A stretch of DNA of 64,000 bases from a virus (IMGVR_UViG_3300034980_000290), one strand, 5' to 3'; positions 37,101-48,040 are shown, counted from the first letter of the stretch. Notes: generated by a model from the sequence alone, not told the origin. Numbers and translations: made by a program.

Positions 37101-38163
37101 GGTCGGCCTCCACCCAACCCTGACCAACTACCGCATCGCACTCACGTATCTCAAGTCCCCGTTCAAATCGGAGGACTGCCTCGAAGACTTTGGAGTTTCG
37201 TTCGAGGCTGTGCGCCACGCCCTACAGACGGGTAGTAGACTCCCAACCCCACGCAAAAAGACGGCTGCGATTGCGCCCCGCATTTCGCATGAGAGCGGAA
37301 TGGAAGTAATCACCAAACCCCCGGGATTTGAGGATGAAAAGGACTGGGCCATGATGGCCAAGGGTGCGCAGCGGTACAAAGAGCAGCACGAGCAGAGCAT
37401 GTCTCGTAGCGTGCGGCTGCCGGGCAAGGGGCCAGTGGGCATGATCCTAATCGGGGATGCCCACATCGGCGGCAAGGGCGTAGACTATGATCGGCTGATG
37501 AAAGTCGCCGACATGGCCAACAGCAACCCAAACGTGTTCTGTCTGCAAATCGGTGACCTCATCGACAGCATGATCTGGAACAAAGTCAAGGTCGAGCGGT
37601 GGAAGACCCCACTTGACATCCCCGGCGAGCTGCGCATGGGCGCTCACTGGCTGGCCAAAGTGGTTCCCAAGTGCGTCGGCATCGTGGGCGGCAACCATGA
37701 CACCGTGAGCTACAAGATGACCGGGTATGCTCACATCGACGCCGTGCTACAAATGGTGGGGAACAAGATTCCCTACAACCCGCACCAGTTGAATCTTACA
37801 CTGTTTGTGGGTGAACAGCCGTACGTAGTGGTACTACGGCACAAGGTCCCCGGCAAGTCCCAGTTCAGGGCAACGCACGGGGCGGCCAAGTGGTTCCGAT
37901 GGGCGCCTCTTGATGCAGACATGATGATTGCCGGGCACATCCATGTGTCAGGCATTCAGCCGGTAGACCTCGCAGGTAAAAGGAGATGGGCGGTCCAGCT
38001 CGGTGCGTACAAAATCGTTGATGAGTACGCAGATGAGCATGGGTTCCTGCACGACTGCCAAACCCCAGATGCTTTCGCCATATTCCACCCTGACCGCAAG
38101 CACATCCAGTGCTTCGAGGATATCGATGAAGGACTCAGACACCTCGGAACCTATTACCAATGA
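36979..38163 (+). CDS. calcineurin-like metallophosphoesterase
   Basis: motifs GDAHIG, GDLIDSM, GGNHD, GHIHV; start uncertain (ATG 37027 or 37300); overlaps upstream ORF. Confidence 0.55.
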   Translation: MAKQRLPTSKHWSNGRMATPKKLTWQDAVRWLKAATEHLRRVGLHPTLTNYRIALTYLKSPFKSEDCLEDFGVSFEAVRHALQTGSRLPTPRKKTAAIAPRISHESGMEVITKPPGFEDEKDWAMMAKGAQRYKEQHEQSMSRSVRLPGKGPVGMILIGDAHIGGKGVDYDRLMKVADMANSNPNVFCLQIGDLIDSMIWNKVKVERWKTPLDIPGELRMGAHWLAKVVPKCVGIVGGNHDTVSYKMTGYAHIDAVLQMVGNKIPYNPHQLNLTLFVGEQPYVVVLRHKVPGKSQFRATHGAAKWFRWAPLDADMMIAGHIHVSGIQPVDLAGKRRWAVQLGAYKIVDEYADEHGFLHDCQTPDAFAIFHPDRKHIQCFEDIDEGLRHLGTYYQ

Positions 38164-38497
38164 GGTAGAGGAGGGCATTCCGTACGAACTCATCGAGTCA
38201 GTGTGCGATAGGTACCAGGAGCTCGACGAGTGGGAGAACTTCAGTCTTTGGACCATCAGATACATGAACGGCGACTGTGAGATCATTGCAGCACGCACCA
38301 AGCCGTCGTTCAACGAACACTACGAATGCGACAATCACGGCGATATCATACCGAAAATGGTAGAAGTTGGACAACCGCCATTTGAAGCGGACGTTCGTAT
38401 AGATCTCGTCGTATCTGTAAAGCGGTTGTTCCTGCGTCGCAGTAGGAGCAAGATCATCCTGGAGGACCGACGCGATGGCAACCAAGAAGAAGACTGA
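38126..38497 (+). CDS. acidic hypothetical protein
   Basis: 123 aa. Confidence 0.35.
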   Translation: MKDSDTSEPITNEVEEGIPYELIESVCDRYQELDEWENFSLWTIRYMNGDCEIIAARTKPSFNEHYECDNHGDIIPKMVEVGQPPFEADVRIDLVVSVKRLFLRRSRSKIILEDRRDGNQEED

Positions 38498-38801
38498 CCC
38501 TTGCGGGGCTTGCAAGCGCGAGATGACAGTTGACCCTGGCCGTGAAGCCTGCACGCATGCTTGCATGTGTAGCAAGGATCTGATCAGGGAGTACGCGGAG
38601 AAGGAAGGCACCGTCACCAACAAGGTCACAGCCTGCCCCATCTGCTACGAACGGTTCAGCTCTGTGGTGGTGCCAAGCTCCAACCCCATGCCACAGAGGC
38701 AAAAGAGACCAGCGGCCCGGGCTGTCGACGCCACCAAGGAAGGCAAGCCGACCGTGAATGATGCTGGGATTGTAACAGTTCCCAGCCCCAGGATTCGGTA
38801 G
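38475..38801 (+). CDS. zinc-binding small protein
   Basis: CGACK...CTHACMC...CPICY. Confidence 0.4.
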   Translation: MATKKKTDPCGACKREMTVDPGREACTHACMCSKDLIREYAEKEGTVTNKVTACPICYERFSSVVVPSSNPMPQRQKRPAARAVDATKEGKPTVNDAGIVTVPSPRIR

Positions 38802-39509
38802 GTGGCATCACGCCCAGGAGCTGAGGGTGCGAGCCCCCCGCCAGAGGTTCTCCCGGTCAGTCCGGTTGTAGAACCAGCGGTCAAACCGCGGAGCCAAATG
38901 GAGCAGGTTGTCAAGATCTGCTCCGAAGACTGCACCTTCATCAAGCACGCCGGGCGGGGCAAGCCCAAGGGCTGCGAGTGGTTCCAGCGCAAGCAGGTCA
39001 AATACAAAGACCCTTGCAAGCACGACCTTGAGATGATCAATGGCTTCGTGCAGGCCCACAAAGACGGCAACCTTGACCACGTGAAGGAAACGGTCGGCGG
39101 AGTGGTGGGCTCCATGATGCTCAAGCTGTACGAGATGCTTGCCATCATCGGTGACCAGGGAATGATCCACAAGGAGCCTATCCTTGATGGCAAGGGCATG
39201 GTCATCATGCTTGATGGCGAGGTGGCCTTCAGGTTGGTAGAGCACCCGCTCCTGACCAAAGTGGTCACTATGGCCCGTGCTATCGGCTTCGATCTCAGCA
39301 AGTTCAAGCTGACCCCCGGGGCCTCCGGGGATGCTCCAAAGGCGGCAGGCAACATCCTGTTGCATACTGAGGGGCCAGTGACCCTCCAACAGATTGTTGA
39401 CCAGAACGCGGCTAAGATCGCCGAGTTTGAGGTTCAGGCAGCTACGGCCAGGAAGAACCTCGAGGAAGACCCGGTGTACCAGGAAATGAAGGGCGACCAA
39501 GTAATATGA
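38802..39509 (+). CDS. hypothetical protein
   Basis: 235 aa. Confidence 0.45.
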   Translation: MASRPGAEGASPPPEVLPVSPVVEPAVKPRSQMEQVVKICSEDCTFIKHAGRGKPKGCEWFQRKQVKYKDPCKHDLEMINGFVQAHKDGNLDHVKETVGGVVGSMMLKLYEMLAIIGDQGMIHKEPILDGKGMVIMLDGEVAFRLVEHPLLTKVVTMARAIGFDLSKFKLTPGASGDAPKAAGNILLHTEGPVTLQQIVDQNAAKIAEFEVQAATARKNLEEDPVYQEMKGDQVI

Positions 39510-39997
39510 GGCTGAGGGGAGTCAGCAACCGGGTTGCCCGTCGGATCAAAGCACACGAGACAACCGTGGCGATGATCGCGAAAGAGGTGTTTGCCGAGAT
39601 CGTTGCCGTCCTGGAGTCAGAAGAGCCGGTGGCTATTGAAGGCTTCGGGGAGTTCTACTTTCAGTATCGAGACTACGATCCCAAGATCGCTTGCCGCCCT
39701 GAAGTTGACCCGAAAGAGATGGGGCACATCAAGTACCGACGGGTAGCTTTCAGGCCGATCGGTTATGTGCGGGAGCTGTTGAATCGGAAGTGTCACAGTA
39801 TCGGGGTAAGGAGCAGCAAGGCTTCCGACTTACGGGCCGGTGGGCTGGCTGCGGCAGAAATCCCAAAGCTTCGAGAAGAGGTCAACAAGGCCCAGCTCGA
39901 CATGCGGTTGAAGCTCAGGCGTATGCGGGGTGACACGACCATGGCTGAAGTGGCCACCAATCTTAGCTTCGCAATCGATGAAATGACCGAGGAGTGA
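39506..39997 (+). CDS. HU/IHF-like DNA-binding protein, putative
   Basis: IAKEVFAEIVAVLESEEPVAIEGFGEFYF...RVAFRPIGYVRELL resembles HU fold (GFG.F arm). Confidence 0.35.
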   Translation: MRLRGVSNRVARRIKAHETTVAMIAKEVFAEIVAVLESEEPVAIEGFGEFYFQYRDYDPKIACRPEVDPKEMGHIKYRRVAFRPIGYVRELLNRKCHSIGVRSSKASDLRAGGLAAAEIPKLREEVNKAQLDMRLKLRRMRGDTTMAEVATNLSFAIDEMTEE

Positions 39998-40000
39998 TCT

Positions 40001-40378
40001 ATGGGTTTGACAGTCATTGAAAACGAACCGCGTACCATCATCAAGCATCTTGAGCTTGAGGGTGACGGGGCTACGCCTATTGAGGATTCGACTACGATCC
40101 CTGCCGGGTACAACTTCGTTCAGTTCACCAACCTCGGTACGACTCGTGCCCTGGCGCATATCACAGAAGCTGGTACGCCCACCGGTGATCCCACCGATTT
40201 TGATGTCGCCCAGGTAGGTGTTCTCATCCCGGCGTCGACTGTCAATGGCGGGCTCCGCTTCCACCGTTTCAAGGCCGACAAGACTACTGCGAATGAGCTT
40301 CGTTTGCAGTGTGCGGCATCTGGTGTTGACATCGTCGTTGAGTATTCCAAGGTCGGTTCCGTACTCACTTCAAGGTAG
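40001..40378 (+). CDS. hypothetical protein
   Basis: 125 aa. Confidence 0.45.
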   Translation: MGLTVIENEPRTIIKHLELEGDGATPIEDSTTIPAGYNFVQFTNLGTTRALAHITEAGTPTGDPTDFDVAQVGVLIPASTVNGGLRFHRFKADKTTANELRLQCAASGVDIVVEYSKVGSVLTSR

Positions 40379-40384
40379 AACCGA

Positions 40385-41068
40385 ATGCCCACACTCATCA
40401 TCAGCGCTAACAGTGGAGCTGACGTAGCGTCTGCAGACGACACCTTCATCAGCGGTGCTGCCGCAGAACAGAGTACCAACTTCGGTACTGCGACCATCTT
40501 GCGTATCCGCGGTGGTGCTGATGAGACTACCCGCCGGACGTTGCTGAGATTTGAGCTGTCTGGCATCTTGGCTTTGCTTCCTGCCGGAGCGATTATCAAC
40601 GCTTGTAGGATCAAACTATGGACACATGGAAACACGGGGGCTGGCATTCCGGACATGCACGTCCATAGATCAAATAAGGCTTGGGTTGAGGCCCAAGCAA
40701 CTTGGCTCATTTACGCCACAGCTACCAACTGGGGAACGTCTGGGTCATCTGGGGCTGGGGTTGACTTGGTCGGTACCATTGAATCCTCAACGGGCGCCAT
40801 GGCGTCTTTGGTTGGTGGCTCTGCCCAGCCAGATCACACCATCAATACCTTTGAGGGCAATGCTACGATGGTTGCCTACATTGACGATGTGGTCAATGGC
40901 GATGAAGATGAAACGCACGTCAAGTTCATATTGAGTTCCAGCACCAACACCACCAACAGATTCTGTTCGTCAGACAATGCCGATGACGGTTTCCGGCCAC
41001 AGCTTGAAATCGACTACTATGTGCCCGGCGGCATTTATTTGATGCTCGAACAGAACCTTGGCATGTAA
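40385..41068 (+). CDS. DNRLRE-domain-like protein
   Basis: LLRFELSGILALLPAGAIINACRIKLW and AQATW motifs typical of DNRLRE domain. Confidence 0.35.
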   Translation: MPTLIISANSGADVASADDTFISGAAAEQSTNFGTATILRIRGGADETTRRTLLRFELSGILALLPAGAIINACRIKLWTHGNTGAGIPDMHVHRSNKAWVEAQATWLIYATATNWGTSGSSGAGVDLVGTIESSTGAMASLVGGSAQPDHTINTFEGNATMVAYIDDVVNGDEDETHVKFILSSSTNTTNRFCSSDNADDGFRPQLEIDYYVPGGIYLMLEQNLGM

Positions 41069-41095
41069 ACTGACCATTGAGTCGTATCTTACAGT

Positions 41096-42787
41096 GTGAG
41101 TAGACTTAAACTTGGTCGCCAGATCTCCGATACGTCGCGACAAGCGATCAATGAGGAGATCATGCGCTATGCCGGAGACGAGTATCTCTGGCATCGACAC
41201 GTAACGGGTGTCGACCTTTACCCTCACCAGCAGGTCTACTGCAAGCATCTGAGGGAATTTCACACCAACTTGATGATCGCCAGTCGGCGTATCGGCAAGT
41301 CATTCAGTGTAGCCAGCTTCCTCCTGAAGGAGGCTGTGACCAAGCCCCGCTCCGAGATCAACATCCATGCCCCCGCGCTGGAGCAGAGCAAGCGCAACCT
41401 GCGGTACATGATTGACATGTGCCTCAACAGTGACATCTTGATGGCTTTCATTGAGAAGAAGCTGGGCGAAGGCATTGGCAAGGAGTCGATCGAATTCTGC
41501 AACGGTAGTGTCATCCAAGCCAAGGGGCAGGCATCGTCGGTTGACGGCCTTGGCGCGACCCACCAGTGGTGGGAAGAGGTAGATGACATGATGCTCGACA
41601 CCCTGTACGAGCGCATTTATCCGACAGGCTCCATGATCAAGCCCAGCTATGACTACGGTCAATGGGGCCAGTGCTGCCGTATCGCCACGGGCACCATCAA
41701 GGGCAAGGGCAACACGTACACCTTTGAGCACCCCCCAGAAGGCGCTGGGGTTACCTTCCACGTACTTCCTAAGTACACCGGGTGGCATGGGGTTGAGTGG
41801 GGCATTATCCCGCGCAATGACCTCATCCTTGCCCGCGACGTTCTGATGACCCCAGAACAGTTCGCGCGCACCTACCTCGTCCTGTACACTGAGTCGGCCA
41901 ACTTCTTCCCCACCCGCAAGGTGGACCAGTGCCAGCACCCGAACCTGAAGTGCATCGACATCGTCGAGTACAAGAAGGAAACTGGCAGCCCGCACTACAT
42001 CGCTGAAGGCAATGTCACGGTGGGCATCGACTGCGGCGGCCAGGGCACAGGGGACCACCCATCTGAGTGGGCCATTGACTTCTGCGAGGACCTGGGCTGG
42101 GGCCATATGAAGTGGATCTACGGTGAGCGATTCTCCGCCACCGCCGACCCTGAAGAGGTGCGCCAGCAGATGGGCGCCCTGTGTGAGTTCTTCCGCCCAG
42201 GCCGTGGGTACGGTGATGCTTTCGATACCACCTTCTTGTATGGTCTGAACAAGTACCTGCGCGAGCATGGTGTTACCAAGCGTGACCCGGCTGACTGGGA
42301 GAACCGTCAGGGAGCGGGTGGTTGGGCTGAGTGGCACATCGTACCCATCCGGTTCATCGGTATCACCAAGCACCAGTTGTTCAAGAACTTGCGCATGCAG
42401 TTCTTCCAGCAGCGCCTGAAAATCCCGTACTACGTTGATGACCTGCCCGAGTACAAGGAACTGAAAAAGCTCCGTGACCAGCTTGAAAACATCAAGAAGG
42501 CTGACATGGCAGCGACGCAGGGATACGACAAGTACGAGATGGTCAGAGCCGCTGTCGGGGATGACCACGTAGATGCGACGGCCTTGGCCGTATATGCACA
42601 GGGTGAGCTGACTCAAAATGTCAGGCCACTTGGGATGGCGGTTGAGGGTGGCGGCTTCCGGGACTTCTCGCAGCCGAACATCGTTAGCGACCAAGTGTTC
42701 GTTCAGAGGCCTTCGGGGATCTTTACCCCGATCGGTGACTCTGCTCCGCCAACGAACGTCGGAGACTTTCTCAAGGACCGAGATTGA
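41096..42787 (+). CDS. terminase large subunit
   Basis: 563 aa, GTG start; Walker A-like ASRRIGKS; position immediately upstream of portal. Confidence 0.7.
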   Translation: MSRLKLGRQISDTSRQAINEEIMRYAGDEYLWHRHVTGVDLYPHQQVYCKHLREFHTNLMIASRRIGKSFSVASFLLKEAVTKPRSEINIHAPALEQSKRNLRYMIDMCLNSDILMAFIEKKLGEGIGKESIEFCNGSVIQAKGQASSVDGLGATHQWWEEVDDMMLDTLYERIYPTGSMIKPSYDYGQWGQCCRIATGTIKGKGNTYTFEHPPEGAGVTFHVLPKYTGWHGVEWGIIPRNDLILARDVLMTPEQFARTYLVLYTESANFFPTRKVDQCQHPNLKCIDIVEYKKETGSPHYIAEGNVTVGIDCGGQGTGDHPSEWAIDFCEDLGWGHMKWIYGERFSATADPEEVRQQMGALCEFFRPGRGYGDAFDTTFLYGLNKYLREHGVTKRDPADWENRQGAGGWAEWHIVPIRFIGITKHQLFKNLRMQFFQQRLKIPYYVDDLPEYKELKKLRDQLENIKKADMAATQGYDKYEMVRAAVGDDHVDATALAVYAQGELTQNVRPLGMAVEGGGFRDFSQPNIVSDQVFVQRPSGIFTPIGDSAPPTNVGDFLKDRD

Positions 42788-42812
42788 CCCTAGATTCGTT
42801 TAGGTTGTTGTC

Positions 42813-44441
42813 ATGCAATCAGATACCTTCTACATGGGCGACGGCGGGAAGCTTTTCATCAAAGGCCCGTACGGCCAGACTCCTGGCCTCGCCGAGAAGG
42901 GCGACCGGGAGTTTGTGGGTGGCGGCTACAAGCTGAAGCCTGTCACTCGTCAGACCGATGGCGGCAGTCTTGAAGTAGTCACTGAGATCGTCAACGCGGC
43001 CAGTGGCAGCACCTTCTTTGATGACCGCGCTGGCTTCTTCGGTTTCAGCCAGGATGCCTTCCGCAGCGCCCCCACCGCCCGGCGTGAGTTTCTGGATGAG
43101 GGATACCGGCTCTGGAAGTACGACCCCCTTGGCGGGGTCATCGTCAACCTGACGACCTTCTTTACCATGGGCCGTGGCCTCACCATCAACTACAATGACC
43201 CCACGGTCAATCAGGTGCTTGCCAAGTTCTGGAAGAAGAACAAGATGCCATGCAGAGTGAAGCAGCTTTGCGATGAAGGCACGGCATTTGGTGACAACTT
43301 CATTGGGCTGCGGGTGCACCGCCAGCTCATGATGAACGGTCGCAAGGTGCTCTGGCGCCCGGGTGATGTTGAGGTTGTGATTTACGACCCCAAGATCGTC
43401 GACGGCATTGAGCACGCAGCTGACAACGTACAGAACGTGTTCAGTTATCGCCTCAGCTACACAGGTGAGGGCGGTGAAGAGATCAACCGTGGTGTGGTCG
43501 ACATCAGCAAGTTCGACCCGGACATCCACGATGAGTGCATCCTGCACGTGAAGTTCAACGCGGCCACCAACGACGCTTACGGCCTGTCGGATCTGGTGCG
43601 CATCAAGGAGTGGCTGGACAATTACCAGGACTTCTTGCGCGACTCGGTCATTATCAACAAGTTGTACCGTTCCCCCTGCTACGACATCACCATCAAGGAC
43701 GGCGACGAGACGGACATCGCCAACGCGGTGAGCAGGTACGGTGGCTGGAAGATTGGTGCCAACGCAGTTCACAACGACAAGGAAGAGTGGGCGGTACTCG
43801 AGTTCACCGGAGCCAACATGAGCTCCGAGGACAGCCGCCGCGCCCTGCTTCTGATCGTGTGCGCTGGCGTGGGCATGCCAGAATACATGCTGGGCGATGG
43901 ATCGAATGGCAACATGGCGTCGACGCGGAGCCAACAGCTCCCCGCGATCAAGAAGTTCGAGGATCGCCAGCATACCTACCAACAGTCGTTCGTGATTCTG
44001 TTCGACTTCGTGCTTGACATGAAGATGCTGTTCGCGCAAGGCACGTCCCGGCCCATCCCCGAGGTGGACTTTGAGGGCGACCGCACGTGGCGCGGCGAGA
44101 TCAACTTCCCCGAGATTGCGCGGGAAGAGGATAGCGTGGTGGCCAGCAGCACGGCATCGCTGGTCGAGGCTGGGCTCATGGCCCGCAGCACGGCGGCCAT
44201 CAAAAATGGCATGGACTACGAAGAGCAGCTCCGGCGCATGCAGGCCGATGCTATCTTGACTGCACAGCTCATCAAGGAAACGCAGGCGATGCTTTCCTCG
44301 CTGGGGGTGGACCCCAATGAAGCTGCTGAGATTATCAACAAGGCGTTCATCAGCGTCATGACCCCACCCGATGAAAAACCAGATCCCGCTGAGGGAGGCG
44401 GCCCGCCGCCTGCACGAAAGGAATCGAAGCAAGCAGCCTAA
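42813..44441 (+). CDS. portal protein
   Basis: 542 aa following terminase; size and order typical. Confidence 0.6.
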   Translation: MQSDTFYMGDGGKLFIKGPYGQTPGLAEKGDREFVGGGYKLKPVTRQTDGGSLEVVTEIVNAASGSTFFDDRAGFFGFSQDAFRSAPTARREFLDEGYRLWKYDPLGGVIVNLTTFFTMGRGLTINYNDPTVNQVLAKFWKKNKMPCRVKQLCDEGTAFGDNFIGLRVHRQLMMNGRKVLWRPGDVEVVIYDPKIVDGIEHAADNVQNVFSYRLSYTGEGGEEINRGVVDISKFDPDIHDECILHVKFNAATNDAYGLSDLVRIKEWLDNYQDFLRDSVIINKLYRSPCYDITIKDGDETDIANAVSRYGGWKIGANAVHNDKEEWAVLEFTGANMSSEDSRRALLLIVCAGVGMPEYMLGDGSNGNMASTRSQQLPAIKKFEDRQHTYQQSFVILFDFVLDMKMLFAQGTSRPIPEVDFEGDRTWRGEINFPEIAREEDSVVASSTASLVEAGLMARSTAAIKNGMDYEEQLRRMQADAILTAQLIKETQAMLSSLGVDPNEAAEIINKAFISVMTPPDEKPDPAEGGGPPPARKESKQAA

Positions 44442-44838
44442 GAACAACCGGCTGCGTGACTTCGATGACAAGACTCAGATCTACGGCGTTCTCCTGATTG
44501 ATGAGAACTATCAAGGCGGCGAGAGGATGGTGGGGTTCGTTATCGCTGGATCTTTCGATGACCAACTCAAGTACACCATTGGAGCACTTCCTTCACGCCG
44601 TGGGTGGAAGGTTCAGATGGCTGGCCTGTGTGATAGCATCATCGCAGCTGGTGGTTTGCAGAGCTCACATCCACTCGCATTCGTGTTCACAACCGCCCAG
44701 CATGACCAGGGTAAGAACACGAGTTGGACGATCCCTTTCACTGCGTTCACGGTTGGGTTGAAATACATCTACGACTTGACCATGCGCAGGTGCCTCATCG
44801 ACAGTACAGTGCCAGGAACGTTCTTTTTCGCCCAGTAG
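44371..44838 (+). CDS. hypothetical protein (start likely internal, about 44527)
   Basis: overlaps portal end. Confidence 0.3.
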   Translation: MKNQIPLREAARRLHERNRSKQPKNNRLRDFDDKTQIYGVLLIDENYQGGERMVGFVIAGSFDDQLKYTIGALPSRRGWKVQMAGLCDSIIAAGGLQSSHPLAFVFTTAQHDQGKNTSWTIPFTAFTVGLKYIYDLTMRRCLIDSTVPGTFFFAQ

Positions 44839-44872
44839 GTAGTAGAGAATACAACCCTCGCCACAGGAGGTA

Positions 44873-46252
44873 TTGATACCCATGCGCACACGTGGAAAGC
44901 ATCAAATCGGTCTTGTCCTTGGGTCAGTCCAAGAAGCCAAGATCCCGATGGTGGACGGCAAGCCCGACCTGAGCGGGTATGACAATGTCGATCAGGCTTG
45001 GTTTGACGGCCAGTTCGGCAACGTGCAGGAATCGGCGCAGTTTGTCACCATGATCCCGGTCTACGAGACCACCAGCCGGAATGAGTTCCGGTACGACGAA
45101 GCCAGCATCAAGGCGTTCAACCAGAAGATCATGGGCCGCATGGGTTACCTGGGGCACCAGGACCAAAAGACCGCCGACGCTGGCACTGGCTACCGCACGC
45201 CGGTCGCGCGTTATGTTGCCAGCCGGGTGACCGAGATGGTACACCCCACCACTGGCAAGAAGGTCAAGGCCAGCGAAATCCTGACCTACGTCAGCCAGAG
45301 CGACGTGGCGCAGCAGCACTTCGTGAATGTCCGGGAAGGCACCGCCGGTAGCGTGAGCATCGACGGTGACGCTTGGATGGTCAGGGAGGGCGACACCAAA
45401 GTCATCCTGGATTGGCAGGAAGTCCGCTCCATCGATTTCGTGAACAACTACCACGAGTCGGTGTCGGGAGCCGGAGTCACCGCCATCGTTCGGGAATCGT
45501 TTGTCCCAAGTGAAGCCGGTGCTGAAACGAGCAACCCCGGCACCCCTTCAACGAAAGAGACCAAGGAACCTGACATGGCTGACGAAATCACGCTCACCAA
45601 GATCCAGGAGTCGGCGGCTGGCCGTGAGGTCAAGCTGCACATCGAGAACGCGGTCACCAAGACCCTCAGCGATGCGCACGCAGCCGAGCTCACCACCATC
45701 AACGAAGCCGCCAAGAAGACCACCGACGAGCTGACCGAGACCAAGGCCAAGCTCGAGAAGGCGGAAGGCGAGCTCAAGACCGTCAAGGAGCAGGCCGCCA
45801 ACGCGACCAAGGCCCTCGGCACTGCCACCCTGGTCGGAGCCCGCGCAGCCCGCTTCGACGAGCTGACCGAGGCGGAGGCCACCAAGGCCAAGGCCGAGAA
45901 CCGCGACCCGGACAACCGCGTGCTCGAGATGGCCAAGAAGAGCTTCAGCGCCGACAACCTGGACCGCTTCCTGGTCGCCGATGACGACGACAAGTTCAGC
46001 AAGGGCTCTGCCGCCCTGAACGCTGGCCTCGACGCGTCCATCACCACCATCACCGAGATGGTCAAGAACTTCGGTGCCTTCAAGGGCGCCAACGAAGAGT
46101 CCGACGTGGTCACCACGGTCGTCACCGAGGCCGCCAAGCCCGGCAGTAAGGAGACGGTCAAGGTGGTCGAGGGTGCGGCCTTCAACACCCCGCTCGAGAC
46201 CGCGATCTTCGGCGGCGTTGCCGATGCTCGCAAGGCTGAGCTGACTGTGTAG
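44873..46252 (+). CDS. prohead protease / scaffold fusion protein, putative
   Basis: N-terminal globular 230 aa then Lys/Glu/Ala-rich coiled-coil C-terminus typical of scaffolds; between portal and capsid. Confidence 0.4.
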   Translation: MIPMRTRGKHQIGLVLGSVQEAKIPMVDGKPDLSGYDNVDQAWFDGQFGNVQESAQFVTMIPVYETTSRNEFRYDEASIKAFNQKIMGRMGYLGHQDQKTADAGTGYRTPVARYVASRVTEMVHPTTGKKVKASEILTYVSQSDVAQQHFVNVREGTAGSVSIDGDAWMVREGDTKVILDWQEVRSIDFVNNYHESVSGAGVTAIVRESFVPSEAGAETSNPGTPSTKETKEPDMADEITLTKIQESAAGREVKLHIENAVTKTLSDAHAAELTTINEAAKKTTDELTETKAKLEKAEGELKTVKEQAANATKALGTATLVGARAARFDELTEAEATKAKAENRDPDNRVLEMAKKSFSADNLDRFLVADDDDKFSKGSAALNAGLDASITTITEMVKNFGAFKGANEESDVVTTVVTEAAKPGSKETVKVVEGAAFNTPLETAIFGGVADARKAELTV

Positions 46253-46314
46253 GTCGGCCCACCCAACGAACGGACACGAAAACAAACACCAGCTGAGATC
46301 ACGGAGAACTAACG

Positions 46315-46890
46315 ATGGCACTGAATCATGTCGGACCGGGACAGACCATTCCCCTTGGTCCTCTCACCACCGGTCTCACGGCTGGTGCACTGTACAACGT
46401 CGGTTCCGACAGCGATGGCCCGGGCTACGGCTACTGGGGCATCGTCGAGGACGACGTCATCGGCACCACCGAAGGACTCACCACTGTTGACGGACGCCCG
46501 ATCCTCGACAGCACCAACGACACCGGCGATGGCCTCGGCGACCTGGTCGTCGACGGCGTGCACGAGCTGGTCGTCGGCTCCGGACTGGCCCAGGCCGGTA
46601 CGCTCACCAAGGGCGCCCCGGTGTATGCCTCCGGTGTCAATACGGTTGCCGGTGTCGACACGGTCAACGCGGGTGCCGCAACCCCGGCCACGTACGGTCA
46701 CGTCAAGCCGCAGAGCGAGCTGACTGCAAACGCACGGCGCTCCGGACTGTCCCTGGTGGGCCACGTCTGGCGCAACCCGTTCCTTGACCTCCGCAGCGTG
46801 TCCAACACCAAGGGTGCCTGGGTCGTCGAGACCAAGCTCCTGGGTCGCCCGGAAGCCGGTGGCGTCGCCGTCATCGCTAACATGCTGTAG
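46315..46890 (+). CDS. head decoration/accessory protein, putative
   Basis: Gly/Thr/Val-rich 191 aa between scaffold and capsid genes; hairpin terminator-like structure after (46899-46925). Confidence 0.3.
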   Translation: MALNHVGPGQTIPLGPLTTGLTAGALYNVGSDSDGPGYGYWGIVEDDVIGTTEGLTTVDGRPILDSTNDTGDGLGDLVVDGVHELVVGSGLAQAGTLTKGAPVYASGVNTVAGVDTVNAGAATPATYGHVKPQSELTANARRSGLSLVGHVWRNPFLDLRSVSNTKGAWVVETKLLGRPEAGGVAVIANML

Positions 46891-46966
46891 GATTTGTAAG
46901 GGGGCGGGAAACCACCCCCGCCCCTTTACCCCGAAACAAGACAAGAGACAACGGAGAGAAAGTTCC

Positions 46967-47980
46967 ATGGCACACGAGCAACTGTTCGCCGATGGAGTCC
47001 GCATGCAGGGCGGGCGGTTCATCGTTCCCCAGCGGACCCGGGTTCAGGAATCCGGCCGCACCGTCGAGCGCGTCCAGGAGAGCATGGTGTCCACCTCGGA
47101 TACCAAGCAGTTCTTCACCAACGGACTCCAGATGTTCTTCATGAACGATCCGGAGATCATGGACGTCGGGTGGCAGGAACTGTTCTCTGTCGTCGGCTCC
47201 ACCTCGCACGGCGAGCTCTTCCCCTTCCGCGCACCTGATGCGGCGGGCCAGGGCGTCCACGGCATCGTGTTCGAAGCCGTCGGAGAGCTGGGCGAGATCA
47301 AGTATAACAAGGTCACGTCGGACGAGAAGTACGTCAAGAACGTGAAGTACGCTGGTGCACTGGGCTACTCGAACGAGTGGTTCAGCGATGGCTCGCTCGG
47401 CATGATCGAGATGGCCACCCGCGACTTCCGTCAGAGCGCTTCCGACCGCATGGCGGCCATCCACTACGCGGCCATCGTAGCAGCGGCCACCTCGGGTGTC
47501 AGCCTGTCGGCGGCCATGGGTGGCACCGAGGTCAACGACTGGGTCAACGCCCTGGACGCGGCCAACGTGATCATGCGCCGCAACCGGCGCCTCCCCTCCG
47601 TCGTGCTCGGCCCGCCCGAAGTCGAGAACTTCCTCGGCGTGGCCCAGTTCGGCCACTACGGGTTCCAGAACATCGGCGGCACCCAGAGCAACAGCCTCAA
47701 CGAGAACGCGACCGGCGGTCGCGCTCCCGTGGCTGGCCGCTTCAAGGTCATCACCACCGACCACCTCGCTGCGGGTGCCACTACCTCCAGCGTGTACGTC
47801 ATCGAGCCCAAGCGTCGGCTCATCTCCACGGACCGTGAACAGCTGAGCCTGGGCAACTTCCAGGATCTCTTGCACGACGCCGAAACCCTGGTCGGCAAGT
47901 TCCGCCGGGGCGTCCTGGTCGGCGAAGGCCAGGTCATCCGGCGCATCACCGCCGTGCCGCACGCCCTCCCGGTCGCGTAG
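46967..47980 (+). CDS. major capsid protein
   Basis: 338 aa from ATG 46967 (ggagag RBS); position after scaffold; strong terminator follows. Confidence 0.55.
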   Translation: MAHEQLFADGVRMQGGRFIVPQRTRVQESGRTVERVQESMVSTSDTKQFFTNGLQMFFMNDPEIMDVGWQELFSVVGSTSHGELFPFRAPDAAGQGVHGIVFEAVGELGEIKYNKVTSDEKYVKNVKYAGALGYSNEWFSDGSLGMIEMATRDFRQSASDRMAAIHYAAIVAAATSGVSLSAAMGGTEVNDWVNALDAANVIMRRNRRLPSVVLGPPEVENFLGVAQFGHYGFQNIGGTQSNSLNENATGGRAPVAGRFKVITTDHLAAGATTSSVYVIEPKRRLISTDREQLSLGNFQDLLHDAETLVGKFRRGVLVGEGQVIRRITAVPHALPVA

Positions 47981-48002
47981 TACGAGTGACCGCGTAGGAG
48001 AA

Positions 48003-48040
48003 GGCAGGCGGGCCTGTTTGGCCGCCTGCCTTTTTCTATG
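48003..48040 (+). terminator. rho-independent terminator after capsid gene
   Basis: ggcaggcgggcctgtttggccgcctgcc stem then tttttct. Confidence 0.7.

Noticed and set aside
42819-44471. 550-aa minus-strand ORF
   Set aside because: Exactly antisense to the portal gene; spurious.
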